Source of the DNA: Lingula anatina
Taxonomy: Eukaryota > Animalia > Brachiopoda
Length of the DNA: 64,000 nucleotides
Direction of reading: 5' to 3'
NCBI GenBank assembly: GCA_051362555.1
Contig: CM120640.1
Coordinates: forward strand, 7,254,001-7,318,000
A program made the position numbers and the translations under genes. This document shows positions 14,374 through 26,899 of the stretch, piece by piece (the first letter of the stretch is position 1; every line of letters starts with the position of its first letter). The notes under the pieces were generated by a model. The model made no database searches. It was not told the DNA's origin and saw only the letters and a program-made list of their open reading frames with translations.

Positions 14374-16637
14374 TCACTGTAAATCCATGTCATTCTCCAT
14401 CTCCTCTGCATCTAACATATCAGCACCCTTTGATTGCGCAGAAATGTCAGCCATGTGAAAGTCACAAGGAAGCCTAAAACAAAATGCATTAATGATTAAA
14501 AATGCCTGCAATTTATACTGTAATAAGACTGTAAAGTCTGAATCAATGGTGATTTTTCACAAACACAGATTTTTATTGGTTGCAAATAGCTTTAATTTTT
14601 TTCTTATTTGCTAAAAACTTTAAATTTTCAGATGCCAAAGCAGGTCAATGTCTACCTACCCTTCAGATGCCAGTGGGCAGGTCCCTTCAGCAAACGTGCT
14701 CCTGCCTGTGTTTGCAGCTTTTCTGTGCTGTATGTCCTTTCTCACAACTTTTTTGATGAAATCTCCTGGAGGCTGCCACAGCACCATTTCCATGGAAGGA
14801 GGTAACTCTGCCACCATTCTAGAAAAAATGTTCTTATAAAACAACAAAGGGCACAGGATCTACACTAAAACAGTTTGATTATAACAAGTATCTGGCAATA
14901 TACAAACGACAAAATGAATTTAGCAAAGGTAAAAAGGCTTGCAAACAAATCATTCTCAATTTAGATTAAACAGGCACTGCTCTACTGATGTAAATAGGTC
15001 ATTCTGTTAATTAACAAGAAATAATATACATACATTTGCTCTAGAATCTTCCTTGGAAGCAATGGTTTGTCTCTTTCTATAGACCTCAGCACTTCTGGTG
15101 AAATGTTTACTTCAACTCTCATCTTTTCTTGTTCTTCTTTTTCCTTTTCATCACTTGTGCTGTTAAAAAATGATACATTTACTTGTCAAGAGCTACTTGA
15201 GGGCATGTGCACCATCAAGATGAGGAAAGGTGAAAATACAAGACAGGAGCGTAAAAGGAGAAGATAAATGAGGAAAGGGGGGGGGGACTTGGCGCTTCTG
15301 TAACAAAATGGATGCTTCTCACAAAATTCTCACTATTATCTCTCTGTTTCTTGCATGGATTGCCATACAAAGAAGTATATTTATACATGTACCTTGACTC
15401 CATAATTGTAGTCTCTGATACTTGGACAGCAGGAGAAATGGAAGCATCCAGGGTCAGCTCATTCATTCTGGCTGTCATTTTTTTTTCAGTAGCTTGTTCT
15501 TTTCCTGGGGGTTGCGGAAATCTGTTATATGAGATGTAAAGAATAAAATTGCATGTTTTGTTTGGAAAAACATGTATTTACACATTGGGTATTCTGCCTA
15601 GGTCTTTTAATTTGCCTTAATGTCTAAAATTAAGATAAACTGATTAATAACATTTTCCATCATAATTTCAATAACAAGAACAACAAAATATGCTGCTCCT
15701 TTTGGATACAAATGACACACTTTTTTTCTATTCTTCAATAGGAACTTACTCCATATCATCAGCCTTGCGTTTCTTCTGTAACTGCCGTCCTCCAAGACTG
15801 CTGCTGCAATGTATACAACAAATTTATCAACATTAATTTAATCAAAAAAGCAATAAATTATGTAATAGTAATACATTATAAGTCATATCATAACATTTCA
15901 CAACTTCTTAAGTCACATACCATCAAATCACAAACAAATGAATATGCTCTTGTAACTTTGCAAAAAAGAATCGATCTAGAAAATGAGTCAAAAGAGAATT
16001 TCATTTCAAGTTTGACTTAAGTTACACTCACCATTTTTCTTGTATTTCAGCTCACTTACCTTTCACAATCAATATTGACATAACTCAATGAAGAGGGTGC
16101 TCTAGCTGCCCACGGCATAACATTGGGAATACTATGCTGCCAGTCCACTATTCTGCCACCAGAAGTCTCTGACATGTAAATATTGGACGGGGGTGTCAGA
16201 GTTTTTTCAAATCCACCTCCAGGTGTTAATGGCACCCCTGTGTTGCATGATATATTGGGTTGTGGAAATTTTAACATGTCATTACTTTGCACTGGAGGAA
16301 CAGCCATCAGCGAAGAACTAATGGATAATTGATCAGTGTTCATAATTGGTGGGGTACTCATAGAGGCACAAGACCCAGAAACTGGTGCTGGAAATCTTGG
16401 ATTTTGAGCAGGCACTCCGAGTAAATTGGCAGCACTCCCCTGGGCAGGTTGTTGTACAATCCAGGAACCCGTTCCTATTGCACCTATATTTTGCTCACTT
16501 GTGGACTGTGGCCATGACTTCAGTCCCTGTGAGCTAGCCCCAGTTTGTGCCAGGGTTGGCTGGTCACCAGGCTGCCATGTACCACTGTACGCATTGCTGG
16601 TTGTTGCAACAATTGCATCCTTTCCGTACCAAGCCAT
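14374..16637 (-). CDS. CCDC117/HPIP-family-like protein, 381 aa. Exons 16637-16060, 15803-15750, 15521-15393, 15159-15034, 14818-14660, 14473-14374
   Basis: Frame-consistent splicing. Motifs KKRKADD, QATEKKMTARMNEL (HPIP-like), LLPRKILEQ, PSMEMVLWQPPG (compare CCDC117 PSMELVLWKP) and acidic C-terminus EEMENDMDLQ*. Minus-strand AATAAA near 13920. Confidence 0.75.
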
Positions 16638-18177
16638 GTCACTCTGAAAACTGCACTGTTGAGGACCATTACCCCACCATCATTGACACACAGTCGCATC
16701 TGTAATATTTATACAACCCAATTAGATTTTTAAAAACCACTTTTCAACGAATTTTCTCTGTCAAACAATACTGGGTACTTGTAATAAAATAAAGAACTAC
16801 TCAGCTATCAAGATCTACTACTCAGCAATCAAATCACCTGGTCCCTCTCCTGCAGCTAAACTCGATTACTGCAACGTCAACATATGATACTGAACAGAAA
16901 TACTGCTTCTACACGCGTTCCTTCTAAACTGACGGCTTACCCCCTTTGAAATATGTAAATACATATTACACATGCTCAAACATAAGACACTACGGATACA
17001 AATAGCCTCAGTAGAATAGTCTAGAAACTGACTTTACTCTGGGTCGCTGTACTCCCGAGAATAATCTAGAAATCTTAACCTGTAATGTCAGATTTGACTG
17101 ACCTGGCTGGTGAGTCTAATAATTTGATTCGATCCTGCGTCTACAGCATACTTATAAAACGTTTTTATGTGCTAGGAGTCTGTATGAATGCTTTTCTTGT
17201 CGATAATAATAACAAAAACTGAATATATATAACCTCAAAAAATTCCGCATTTGCGAACACCACTGCTGCACATGGCTGGGGGTTGTAGCTTTATTCATAA
17301 CGAGGCTTACTTCCTTTTTCTCGTCACTCCAGACGTTTATGCACGCCGGTCACCGAACCCTTTAGATGTTAAAGCAATCAATGATGTTTTAAAAAATTGA
17401 ATACAAATTTGAATTCATTCAATTTTATTTTTACACTTTAGCATGTGAAATGCACCTCCATGTTAGGTTTGGGTGTTCAATGTTTTATAGGAAGCATGAC
17501 AAAACTGCATTCTCAAAAAAAAAAAAAATGTTTCAGTAAAATAAATCTCGTAGTGCCTCTTAAGGATCCTTTATCGCAGTGTAATTTTAGTTACCATCAA
17601 TAACTATTATCCAAAAGGGTTATTTTAAACCTCCTGTTACTTAAACAGCTGAAACCCTCGTTACTTCGTGCCGTAGTAGCAAGGCATGTTTTCCAAAAGA
17701 TTTTAAAAAGCCAGATTTATCGCTTTCTGCTAGGACTCAATATTCAGTCATAGCAAAGAGTGATAAATCTCGCTTACTTTTAATAAAATGAAAAATGTTA
17801 AATGCTAATTTCCACATTTTAATTTGATGAATCATTTCCAAATGCAGGTTTGTGTAGTTATATCACACGTACCTACAGTACATGTAATAGTTGGCTTGAT
17901 TTTATTGTCTTCTCGGTTTTAATCTTATTCAAATTTTTGTCAAAAGTTTGCATAAATAACCAGTGGTATGTAAAATGAAGAGTTTATAACCTAACACAGC
18001 ATGTCAAGGTAAAAAACAAAAGAAACTACATTGTACAGTTCACCATAAAATTCATATTGATAGAGATTACTTTGAGATTAGGGAAGGAAATGGTGATAAC
18101 ATTTAGACTTTTCATTTAGGCCCTAATGTTTGACGAACTGACTCTCCAAATGAGATGTTCATTTCTTGATATTAATT

Positions 18178-18656
18178 TCACATTGTAAATCTGCAACAGG
18201 TGACCACAGCTCTCACACCCTGGTTAGGCGAGGTCCGGTTTCTGCCATTAAATGCCAGGCAAGGGCCATCTTCACTCCAGGGTGCCAAAGAAAAAATGAA
18301 AAATGCCCTGATAAATCATATGTCTGATTTTATTGATTGTATTACGTCGTCAATTAACACCTGAAAGGCGTAAAGGCTACTTAATAGAAACACTATCGCG
18401 CCTTTTTATAATCAAAGGTGTCAACTTAAAAAATTGAAATTTGCAAGTGGGCCATGTTATCTACTTTCTGTTATTTATTACCTGTGCATGTCCCAGCTGT
18501 TCCACCAAAGTCATTGTAGACATTGCATCCTGTGATGGTATTACCCAGCATCACAGCTGACAGAAACTTGATCACCCTGATAGTCTCCACTGCGCTCTGA
18601 CATTTTGGTGACACACTCCAGGCCGCTTGCTTGACAGCAGGCACCAGTTCCAGATA
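18178..18656 (-). pseudogene. Two decayed exons encoding a PCSK9 C-terminal (resistin-like, Cys-rich) module
   Basis: 18656-18482 reads ACCQASGLECVTKMSERSGDYQGDQVSVSCDAG*, then after a frameshift TITGCNVYNDFGGTAG. 18284-18178 reads GPCLAFNGRNRTSPNQGVRAVVTCCRFTM*. There is an in-frame stop with frameshift, and the second acceptor is GG instead of AG. Confidence 0.6.
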
Positions 18657-18963
18657 CTTAATTTAAAAATTCAAATGTTAAAATAAAACAAAATTATCTG
18701 ACAGCTTGTCTTGACTGAGGATTGGATATGAACCTATGTTTTTGACACTTTCAAAGACAGCTAATGAAGCGAAAGATACAAAAGAGAACTTATTTCTCAC
18801 TTCGTCACTGCAGTTTACTGCTCCTTGAAAATTTTGTTTAATTTACAGTTTCATAGATGAAACTGACCTCCCATTTCCTAACATCTACCTCTCTACGGTT
18901 TTTAAATGCATTTTGCAATAATATTTTATTAAATTCATTTTGCGTCTCAGCGTTTTTCTTTTT

Positions 18964-18994
<31 letters not shown>

Positions 18995-19839
18995 CATTGT
19001 ATGGGGAGACTCGATCGTGTCAGACAAGTTGAATTCACTTTAGCGAGAATCCCCTGGAGAATTGGGTCGATGCTGCTAGTATGATGGGTTTTTCTAAACG
19101 CGGTCTTGCTTAAGGTGTGGCATAAAATGTTTTTCGCTAAAAAATGACATCTTTTTAGTCTACGCTTTATTTAAGCAACTTTCACATGAGCATAGGCCTA
19201 CCTGTCTGCCACATTCGCTGCTTATGTTCCTCCGCATCTGTCTACTATACGCGTCTGTATAGTATGATGAATCGTCATGATTTCGGCACAATTCTCGTAC
19301 ATACACAGAACAGTTCTTGATGCGGATTTACCTATATATTGCATTCATATATACAAAGAGGAAGATGAATGATTGGGTAAAATAACGTCAACATATACTC
19401 TTCCCGACATGCGATTGGTCAACTCAGGTAGAGGAAGGCTGAGGCGTAGAGACAGAATGAACACCAATGTGAACATCAAAACTGCATGTCTTTCCAATGG
19501 TCGATCTAGAATTTACTGTAGAGGTGGGGGACAAGTCTAAAAATAGTGATGAGCTCTGCTTGGGCAAGAAGTTATAAAGAGATATACAGGGTAACTTCTT
19601 GGTTTGGTTCACATTTTAGGCGGTATACATACAAGTACTGCAAAGACTTTGAATTACTTCTTGGTTGTGAAGTGTATCGTACCCTTTCCCTTTGAGTTAA
19701 GGGGGTTAAAAATAAATTGATGTTTGCACTGGCCTATATTCACTCATTCTCATATACATTGATGCTCATAAGTTAAGCAACACTTTCTTATCTCTTAATT
19801 TTCTCGGCAACCTAGCTTTTTATTGCGGCAAAATTTATA

Positions 19840-20290
19840 CAGAGCAGATGTTTGCAGATGGTCAGTTAAGAGTCCGGAGAGGTCCAAACCGTTTCAGGAC
19901 GATTTTGTTCTCCCACGTGTGAAGGGTGCCGGAAGGTTTGTCTGGGGTGGTGTTTCACATGTTGAAAAATTACCATTGTACGTCATTCAAGGGAGGTTTT
20001 GCTGACTCATGCTCCAATGTGGGGCGCATATGTTTAGGCAAATCCAGACAGAAGCATTTCTTTAGTGCAGGACAATGAGCCCGTCCATGAAGCAAGACGC
20101 GCTGCAGTAGCATGTATCCCCAATATGGATTGGCCCTGCATACACATTGTACACCAGAACTCGGTGTATTAGAACATGCTAAGAATGTAATTGACAGAGT
20201 ACTTAATTATAGACAACCTCCAGTAGGATAAGAGAGCTCCAGCAGGCTGTAATCGAGGAATGAAAAAAACTCCCAATGCAAGATTTGGTG
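19840..20290 (+). mobile_element. Degraded Tc1-like transposase C-terminal remnant
   Basis: Interrupted frames read LPRVKGAGRFVWGG, VQDNEPVHEAR, MDWP and ELQQAVIEE*, typical of the Tc1 DDE region. Confidence 0.6.
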
Positions 20291-20312
20291 TATAATATAT
20301 ATATAATATATA

Positions 20313-20474
20313 TATAATCAAGAATGTGAATAACTTAGCTTCCTCTCTCCATTTTATTTTAAAAAAAGCCCTACGGCCGTTTCGGCCTTGAGGCCTCAGG
20401 GCCGAGACGGCCGTAGGGCTTTTTTTAAAATAAAATGGAGAGAGGAAGCTAAGTTATTCACATTCTTGATTATA
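20313..20474. repeat. 162-bp near-perfect palindrome (foldback MITE) in a TA-rich tract
   Basis: tataatcaagaatgtgaataacttagcttcctctctcc...gaggcctc...ggagagaggaagctaagttattcacattcttgattata. Confidence 0.85.
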
Positions 20475-20542
20475 CCAGCTCCCCACGGGCCGCCGCCATG
20501 GGTGGAGCACTTTTTCATGGTGTTTTGACTTATTTCTCCGAG

Positions 20543-20544
<2 letters not shown>

Positions 20545-20601
<57 letters not shown>
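20545..20601. repeat. (TA)n microsatellite
   Basis: Direct reading. Confidence 0.95.
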
Positions 20602-20603
<2 letters not shown>

Positions 20604-21166
20604 ACTGGACACAAAAAGTCAGTCATGAAAGTTTTCTTATTATTATTAAATTAATTTGCAACCCGAGGGTTGGATGAATACATTTTTTTTTGCATCATAT
20701 GTTAAAAGACATATCTTAAAAACATTGAATAACTAAAATGCAAGGTCAAAGATGAAATAAAATGTCTATCAGTCATTTTTTGGAACTTGTTTATCGCACA
20801 GGTTAAAAAGTCACTCATTGATCGCTTGGGTTTAATTTTAGGCCATTTGAATGTCTCGGGTTCCCGAAATGAATATTTGTCATTCTGTTTTGTTTGCAAA
20901 AGATAAAGTAATGTATGATCCGGTATGTTTGATATCCTAATAAACATTTTGCATGCATTGTGCCGTCTTTCATTTAATAATTCAAGTTAAGTATGTTCAC
21001 ACGCATCGTCACATTCAAAACCAGGATATCTTTCTTGAGACTTTTCTACTAAAGCAGACAATTCATTTGTTAACCCAAAGTGCCAGACAGAAGCATATTC
21101 TTAAACCTACCTTATTACAATATAACCGTCTCGTAAGAAGCAAAGCCTGTCTAAAACTTAACATCT

Positions 21167-21648
21167 CTAGACCCCGTAACTCGAAAGCATCGCGCATTGC
21201 GACCGAGCGCAAGCGTCTCGATTCCATAACTCGCCCCATATAGTTATCTTTGCAACCCCACAAACGAAACTTGTGCAAAATTGTTTGTAAATTAAAACTT
21301 TTGCTGACTCATGCATCATAATTTTTGGGATGATGAGTCGTATCGAATATTTGATATATTATGGCAGCGACGGGCCACCATATATATATAACTTTTATCC
21401 CTAACATTTATAACATAACATTTATAACAGGCAACATTTTTTTTACATTGTTAGTATTGTGGGGTTGTATAATAAATGCGGCCTTGTTTGGCCAAATATC
21501 GAACAACCAATATTTTTCTTTCCCTTCTTTCTTGTTGTGAATGGGATTATGAAAGTTTGTGGTGCACTAGGAAGGGGGAGACATAAAATACATTGTAGCC
21601 TCTCTGTGATATCGCTATTCGCCATGCTTTCGAGTTACGGGGCCCTGG
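21167..21648. mobile_element. MITE with ~20-bp TIRs
   Basis: ccccgtaactcgaaagcat at about 21172 is inverted to atgctttcgagttacgggg at about 21624-21642. Confidence 0.5.
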
Positions 21649-22649
21649 TTTCTTTTTCTACAACTCATGCTGAATGAGTTTCTTTCATTTTATCGTTTTC
21701 AACTTTTTTTGTTCAGATTTTTATGTTGTTTACACACATCTTTTTCCCCTGGATTCCTTTTTACCCGTTATTACTTTAGATTCTTTTTTTCTTTGAAAAT
21801 TATTTTTTAAAATTGTGCACTTTTTCATCCATTTCAAAAATAATCCCAGTTCTTTTCATTCACAGATTTTAGCAGGTCTGAATACTGCGTACAGCAGAAA
21901 AGGTCATCGTGACCGTCAACGGTTGCCTTTTCAAAGTCCCCTCGATTAACTACCTTTTATTGGTTTTTATGTAAATATCGTTGGTCTTCTAATATTATAG
22001 GTTGTTTCCCCATCTTTGGAATGTTCGACACAAAGCGCACGCTCTAACGATGTCTACTCATATTTTTACTCTCATGGGCTTGTTCGGAACTGAAATTATG
22101 GTGATGACGATGTCCATAAAGTACTGTACAGCAGCATTTATCCAAAATTTTTCCTTTCAAACATTATAAGAATCATTCAACTTAAATTTATTACAAATAA
22201 GAATACAAAAGCTGCTTACAAAGGATAGATTCTTAAATATGCGAAATCAAATTGACACAACGGTGCAGAAATAAAGTTAATAAACCATACATGTATACTT
22301 ATATATAATTTACCTCTAATGAGTTGTTCAATTTAATCTCACCAAGTTGTCATCAATCTGTTACTGTACATGTACTATTTTCATTTGGTTAAGATCAGCT
22401 CTTAAATGTCAGATCTGCTTACTCTACATCTTTGGTGACATCATAATGGAAATTGCCACAAACACATGTGTTAAATATTCAATTTCGAAACATTTAACTT
22501 TCGTAACATGTGGATTTCATACAATCCAGAGTAGGTGAAGGTAATGACAGAACAACAAATGTGTTAAAACCATGTACCTACTACACTATTATACTTTTGT
22601 AATACAAAAGCCTAAAACCACCAAAATAGTCTCACAAGCAAAACCATTT

Positions 22650-25600
22650 CTTTACAGGAATTCAAAAAAAGGCAGCAAAGCTGCTAAATGTACAGACAAA
22701 AAGAAAATAACAAAATAGGTTATATTATCAGTTTTGATGCAATATAGATATAATACATTATGATAAACAGCTAAGTCAGCACCAAATTTTAATTATCCAA
22801 AACAAGTAACATGGATATTAGATAATATGTAACTAGATTAAGGCTTCAGTCCATGAGAGTTCAATTTCACTCACCGAAATTGTCAGAATGAAAAAAGTGA
22901 AAGTTTCACAAAAATTGCAAAATTAAATAAATATATAAATGAAACAAGACAAATAATAACAACAATAATAATCTGACCAGGTTGTTTTTCAAACTAGACC
23001 TGTATCTAAGTAATATTCATTAGTCCTATAAGATAAGATTGAAGACAAAAGGTCAAATGATTTTTGATGAAATGTGTTATCTGTATTGTAAACATATACA
23101 TACAGGGTTACCACTTAATATGGAATATTTTTTATCATTGTTATTTTTGAGGGCTGATTTAAAAAAATTTGGCTTGATTCATCAAAAAAGTATGTCATTG
23201 AGTGATAAAAATATCCAGGCTTCTATTGTTAGATATTTTGGTCAATAATATCAAATCTGACATAAAATATCATTCAAAAGAAAAGAACACCCCCAGAAAA
23301 CCATATCAACAGTTTGATGTCAGTATTAATTTTAAGCTAAGATATTAAAGAAAATGATAGCCTCCCGACAGTGACAGGTTACACAGTCAAAGAACTCATT
23401 ACAGTAAATCATCAAACGTCATCAATAGCAGGTATGACCCCCAGCAGCCGCTTGCAGCGCCCTCATCCTACATGGCATACCCTGTGAAAAGTTTTTTGAG
23501 AGTTTGGATGGGGATATAATTCCAAGTAGTGATATTTGCCTGTCGCAGTTCATCACTATTTACGGCCGATGACCATAGCTATTAATTCTGTGAGTTACTT
23601 CCGCCCACAGACTTTCAATTGGGTTTATATCTGAGGAGTTTGCAGGCCAGGGCAGTTGCTACACCCATTGGTTTCGAAGAAAAACAGGGATTCTGTGCAC
23701 TCAATGTGGGGTTGTGCAGTCGTCTTGGTACACAAAGTTGTTCCTGAAGATGACTCTTACAAATCAAAGCATTGTTTGCTGTAGAATGTCTCTGTAGGAA
23801 CCCTGGTTGAGGTTGCCTCCTAGAAAAACCAACTGGTTCTGGGCACCAGCATAAAATGCTCCCCAAACAGAGACGTTAACACCCCCTGCTTGCACCCTAG
23901 CCAGTATACATTCATCGTTTTATGCCTCTCGTACACGTCGGCGGACAAGGATTCGACCACCAACTCTAAAAACTCCATATCTGGCCTCATCACTGAAAAC
24001 AACGTGATTCCAGTGTTTTGGCACATGGTCCCCAGCCTATTGCAGACGTCGCTGTATATGACCTGCTGTTAACAGTGGTTTCCCTACTGGCCTTCGTGCA
24101 AAATAACCGGCTTGCAGTGATCTCTTGTTCACGAGGGATCTTGAAATGGGCGTTTGAATGACATTCTGCCACTCTTTTCTGAAGACACTGGTTGTCTTTG
24201 TAGGACAAGCACGGCGCACTCTAAGGAGAAGGCGATCCTGTCTTCTTGGCGTGATATGCAGACACCCTGGTCAAGGTATTGGAGTAGGTGCCCCTGTTTT
24301 AGCATTTCTTTGGAGGACTTTACTAACGGTTCCTGATAAATTTTGCATTGCCTGGCAATGGCTGTCCGTTTCTGGCCATTTTCTCTGAGAGCAAGAATCT
24401 CATAGTAAGCTGCGTTGCTAAGCTGTCGAACCATATCTTCTTCAAGGTACCTGTCAAGTTTCAGAGGGATATCTTTGTTGCTTCTCTAAATACACGCCAA
24501 AGATTGGCCAAACCCATGCGTTTTTATACAAGGGCAGAAATTGCCGAAAAGACCACCCCTTACATTTCTGACCACAGAACATGCAACTGCATGCATCAAC
24601 TGTTTCGACAGTTGTATGGTAATTAGGTTACACACCTGGCTACACATGGAGTGACACCTCAGTTTTGGATTTAAAGTAGTTAGAGAGAAAATAAATATTT
24701 TGTAGAAAATTTACTTTCCAAAAAATAATATTCCATATTAAGTAGTAACCCTGTAGTATAATATATGCTGGATACAACAAATAACACACAATAGGTTATA
24801 TTTTTGTCAATTTGATGCAATATTACATTATCCTTGACAGGGAAATAAACTCAAAAATTCAAATATGCACAACAGGTACACAGATATTAAGAATATGTCA
24901 CTAGCATAAATGAAATGCCAGAATGAGAAAAAAAAAAATCACAAAAAAAAAAAAGAATAAATTCAAGGAAATAATCCTATCAAACTGGTTTTCCAATCTG
25001 AGCTGTATGTCAGTCACAAAATAATAAAACAGTTTTCCTATCAGAGTGTTTGTGGTGGCAGTGCACAAAGTATTTTTCATCAATTTTGAAGCAATATTTC
25101 CTATTGATAAAGTACATAATTAACAACAATTTTTTTAAATCATACCTTATACAAAAATGGACATAAAGAAAATGTAACTACTATATGGCTTCATGCCTAT
25201 GGGAGTCCCACAATAAAAATGCCAATACAGGTATGTGAAAAAAAAGAACATTTGCCAAAAATACATAACATCCAGAAAAAGATTACAATCAGGCTGGTTT
25301 TCCAACTGACGCTGTATTTTAGTTGTATGTTTCTTTTCTGTAAGTTTAAGAAACATAAATGACTAGCTTTTCCTAAAAGGTCACTATGGCAGCAGTACCC
25401 AAAATATGTTTTTCTTTAATTTCGATGCAATATTACACTATGCTTTATGGCATGATCACTACCAATTTTTTAAAGGTGCACTGCAGGTAACAGATATTTA
25501 GAGAATTCATGTAACTAGCAAAGGTCTTCAGACTCATAATAGTGCAAATTCACACCTTGAAAATGGCAATATGTGAGAAATGAACATTTCACAAAGAAAA

Positions 25601-25900
25601 AACCTGACGTGTTTCAGTAATATTGAACACTGCTTAGTTTGAACACAATAGGTCAACCAGCTTTGCATCTTATTGCATATAATTGCATATATGCTAAAAA
25701 AAACTTTTGGAATGGTTTGATCAGGCTGATCTTCCAACTATACCCATATTTTATTAATATTCAACAGTTATGTAAGTTTGAAGACCAAAGGTAAAACAGT
25801 TTTTCACTTATCTTGTTACATCTAAAAGTGCAGTGATACGGATAGGACAATGAAGATAAACACAAGTAAAGGCCATATGTACTGACACATCTGTCTCTGT
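22650..25900. repeat. Old degenerate dispersed/tandem repeat units interrupted by the Tc1 element
   Basis: ctggttttccaa-ctg-like and tttgatgcaata-like motifs recur near 22735/22980, 24810/24985, 25080/25295 and 25420/25725. A related copy lies at 27775-27925. Confidence 0.45.
23103..24753 (-). mobile_element. Full-length defective Tc1-like DNA transposon (pseudo-transposase at about 24434-23422)
   Basis: TIRs CAGGGTTACCACTTAATATGGAATATT / AATATTCCATATTAAGTAGTAACCCTG with a TA TSD. Broken frames give an HTH N-terminus (MVRQLS...RTAIARQ), VFSDEA, YQDD, WPANSSDINPIES and GGHTCY*. Confidence 0.9.
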
Positions 25901-26899
25901 ACATAAAAAGTGCATGGCACAATAAATCCACATTTATAAAATATAACTGATGCATTCTCACTGAGCTTTTTTTCACATGCTTATACTGACTTAACCTTAA
26001 CCTGGTGGGCATTATTTTAAATAAAAATTTAAACTTTTTTAAGCACACATTTTTGAGCTGCTTACTGCACCATTGGTATAGTGTAAAAATCATAATGGAG
26101 ATTGCCACTGTTCATACTCTTGTACATTTAATAAAAAAAACAGTCCTTCCAGCTCTCAAGGATTAAACCTGGATCTCATAGATAGCTTACTATTTCTCAT
26201 AGAAAATTGCAAGCAAAAGTCTGTGTAAATAATTATATTGCTTACAGATGTGAGACACAACATTGCAGGCTCCAGCAAAGGGTTTGAGTAAACATTCCAT
26301 GGAGCCTTTGGAAGCATTCATCTGCAAAATTTTCATTAAGGAAGTGTGAATTGAACTTAATATTTCATTGTCACAGTCTTGCATTACACCAATCTGTCTT
26401 AATATTGTGCCTTTTTCATAACCTGGAAGCTAAAATGTGTCTCTATTGACAATAAGAATGCTCAATTGTAATTTCAAAGCTTTTGACCAAATCTCTATTT
26501 TTTTTTAATCTGAAAATCTCCAGATTTCTCTACCCCAGAGGTTGGAAGGACTGAAAAAAATTCAGTTCCATAAAAAATATGTATATATATGTATATACCA
26601 GTATATATGAAAATAAAAGAACAACAAAAAGTGCTGCACCATATCTGACTTTTTTCATAGAAGCGTTTAAAAATTATAAGGCAAGACTAAACAAAACAAT
26701 GTTAAATTATTACTACCAGTATATTTACTAAAACATTGTGATATTTTCACTGCTGCATGTGTGCTGGAGATACACAAAGGTGCATCACTGGGATGTCAGA
26801 ATGAGATATGCCTGACAATAGTGATTTGTGCGTTAGCTGTATACTGCTCTCTGACTCTGTATACAATTCTTGTCTTGATGAGATTTTACTCTTACGTAT

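Noticed and set aside
15182-15297. Additional exon in the CCDC117-like gene
   Set aside because: It introduces a stop, and the flanking exons already join in phase without it.
23422-24434. Functional Tc1 transposase
   Set aside because: Multiple frameshifts and stops.
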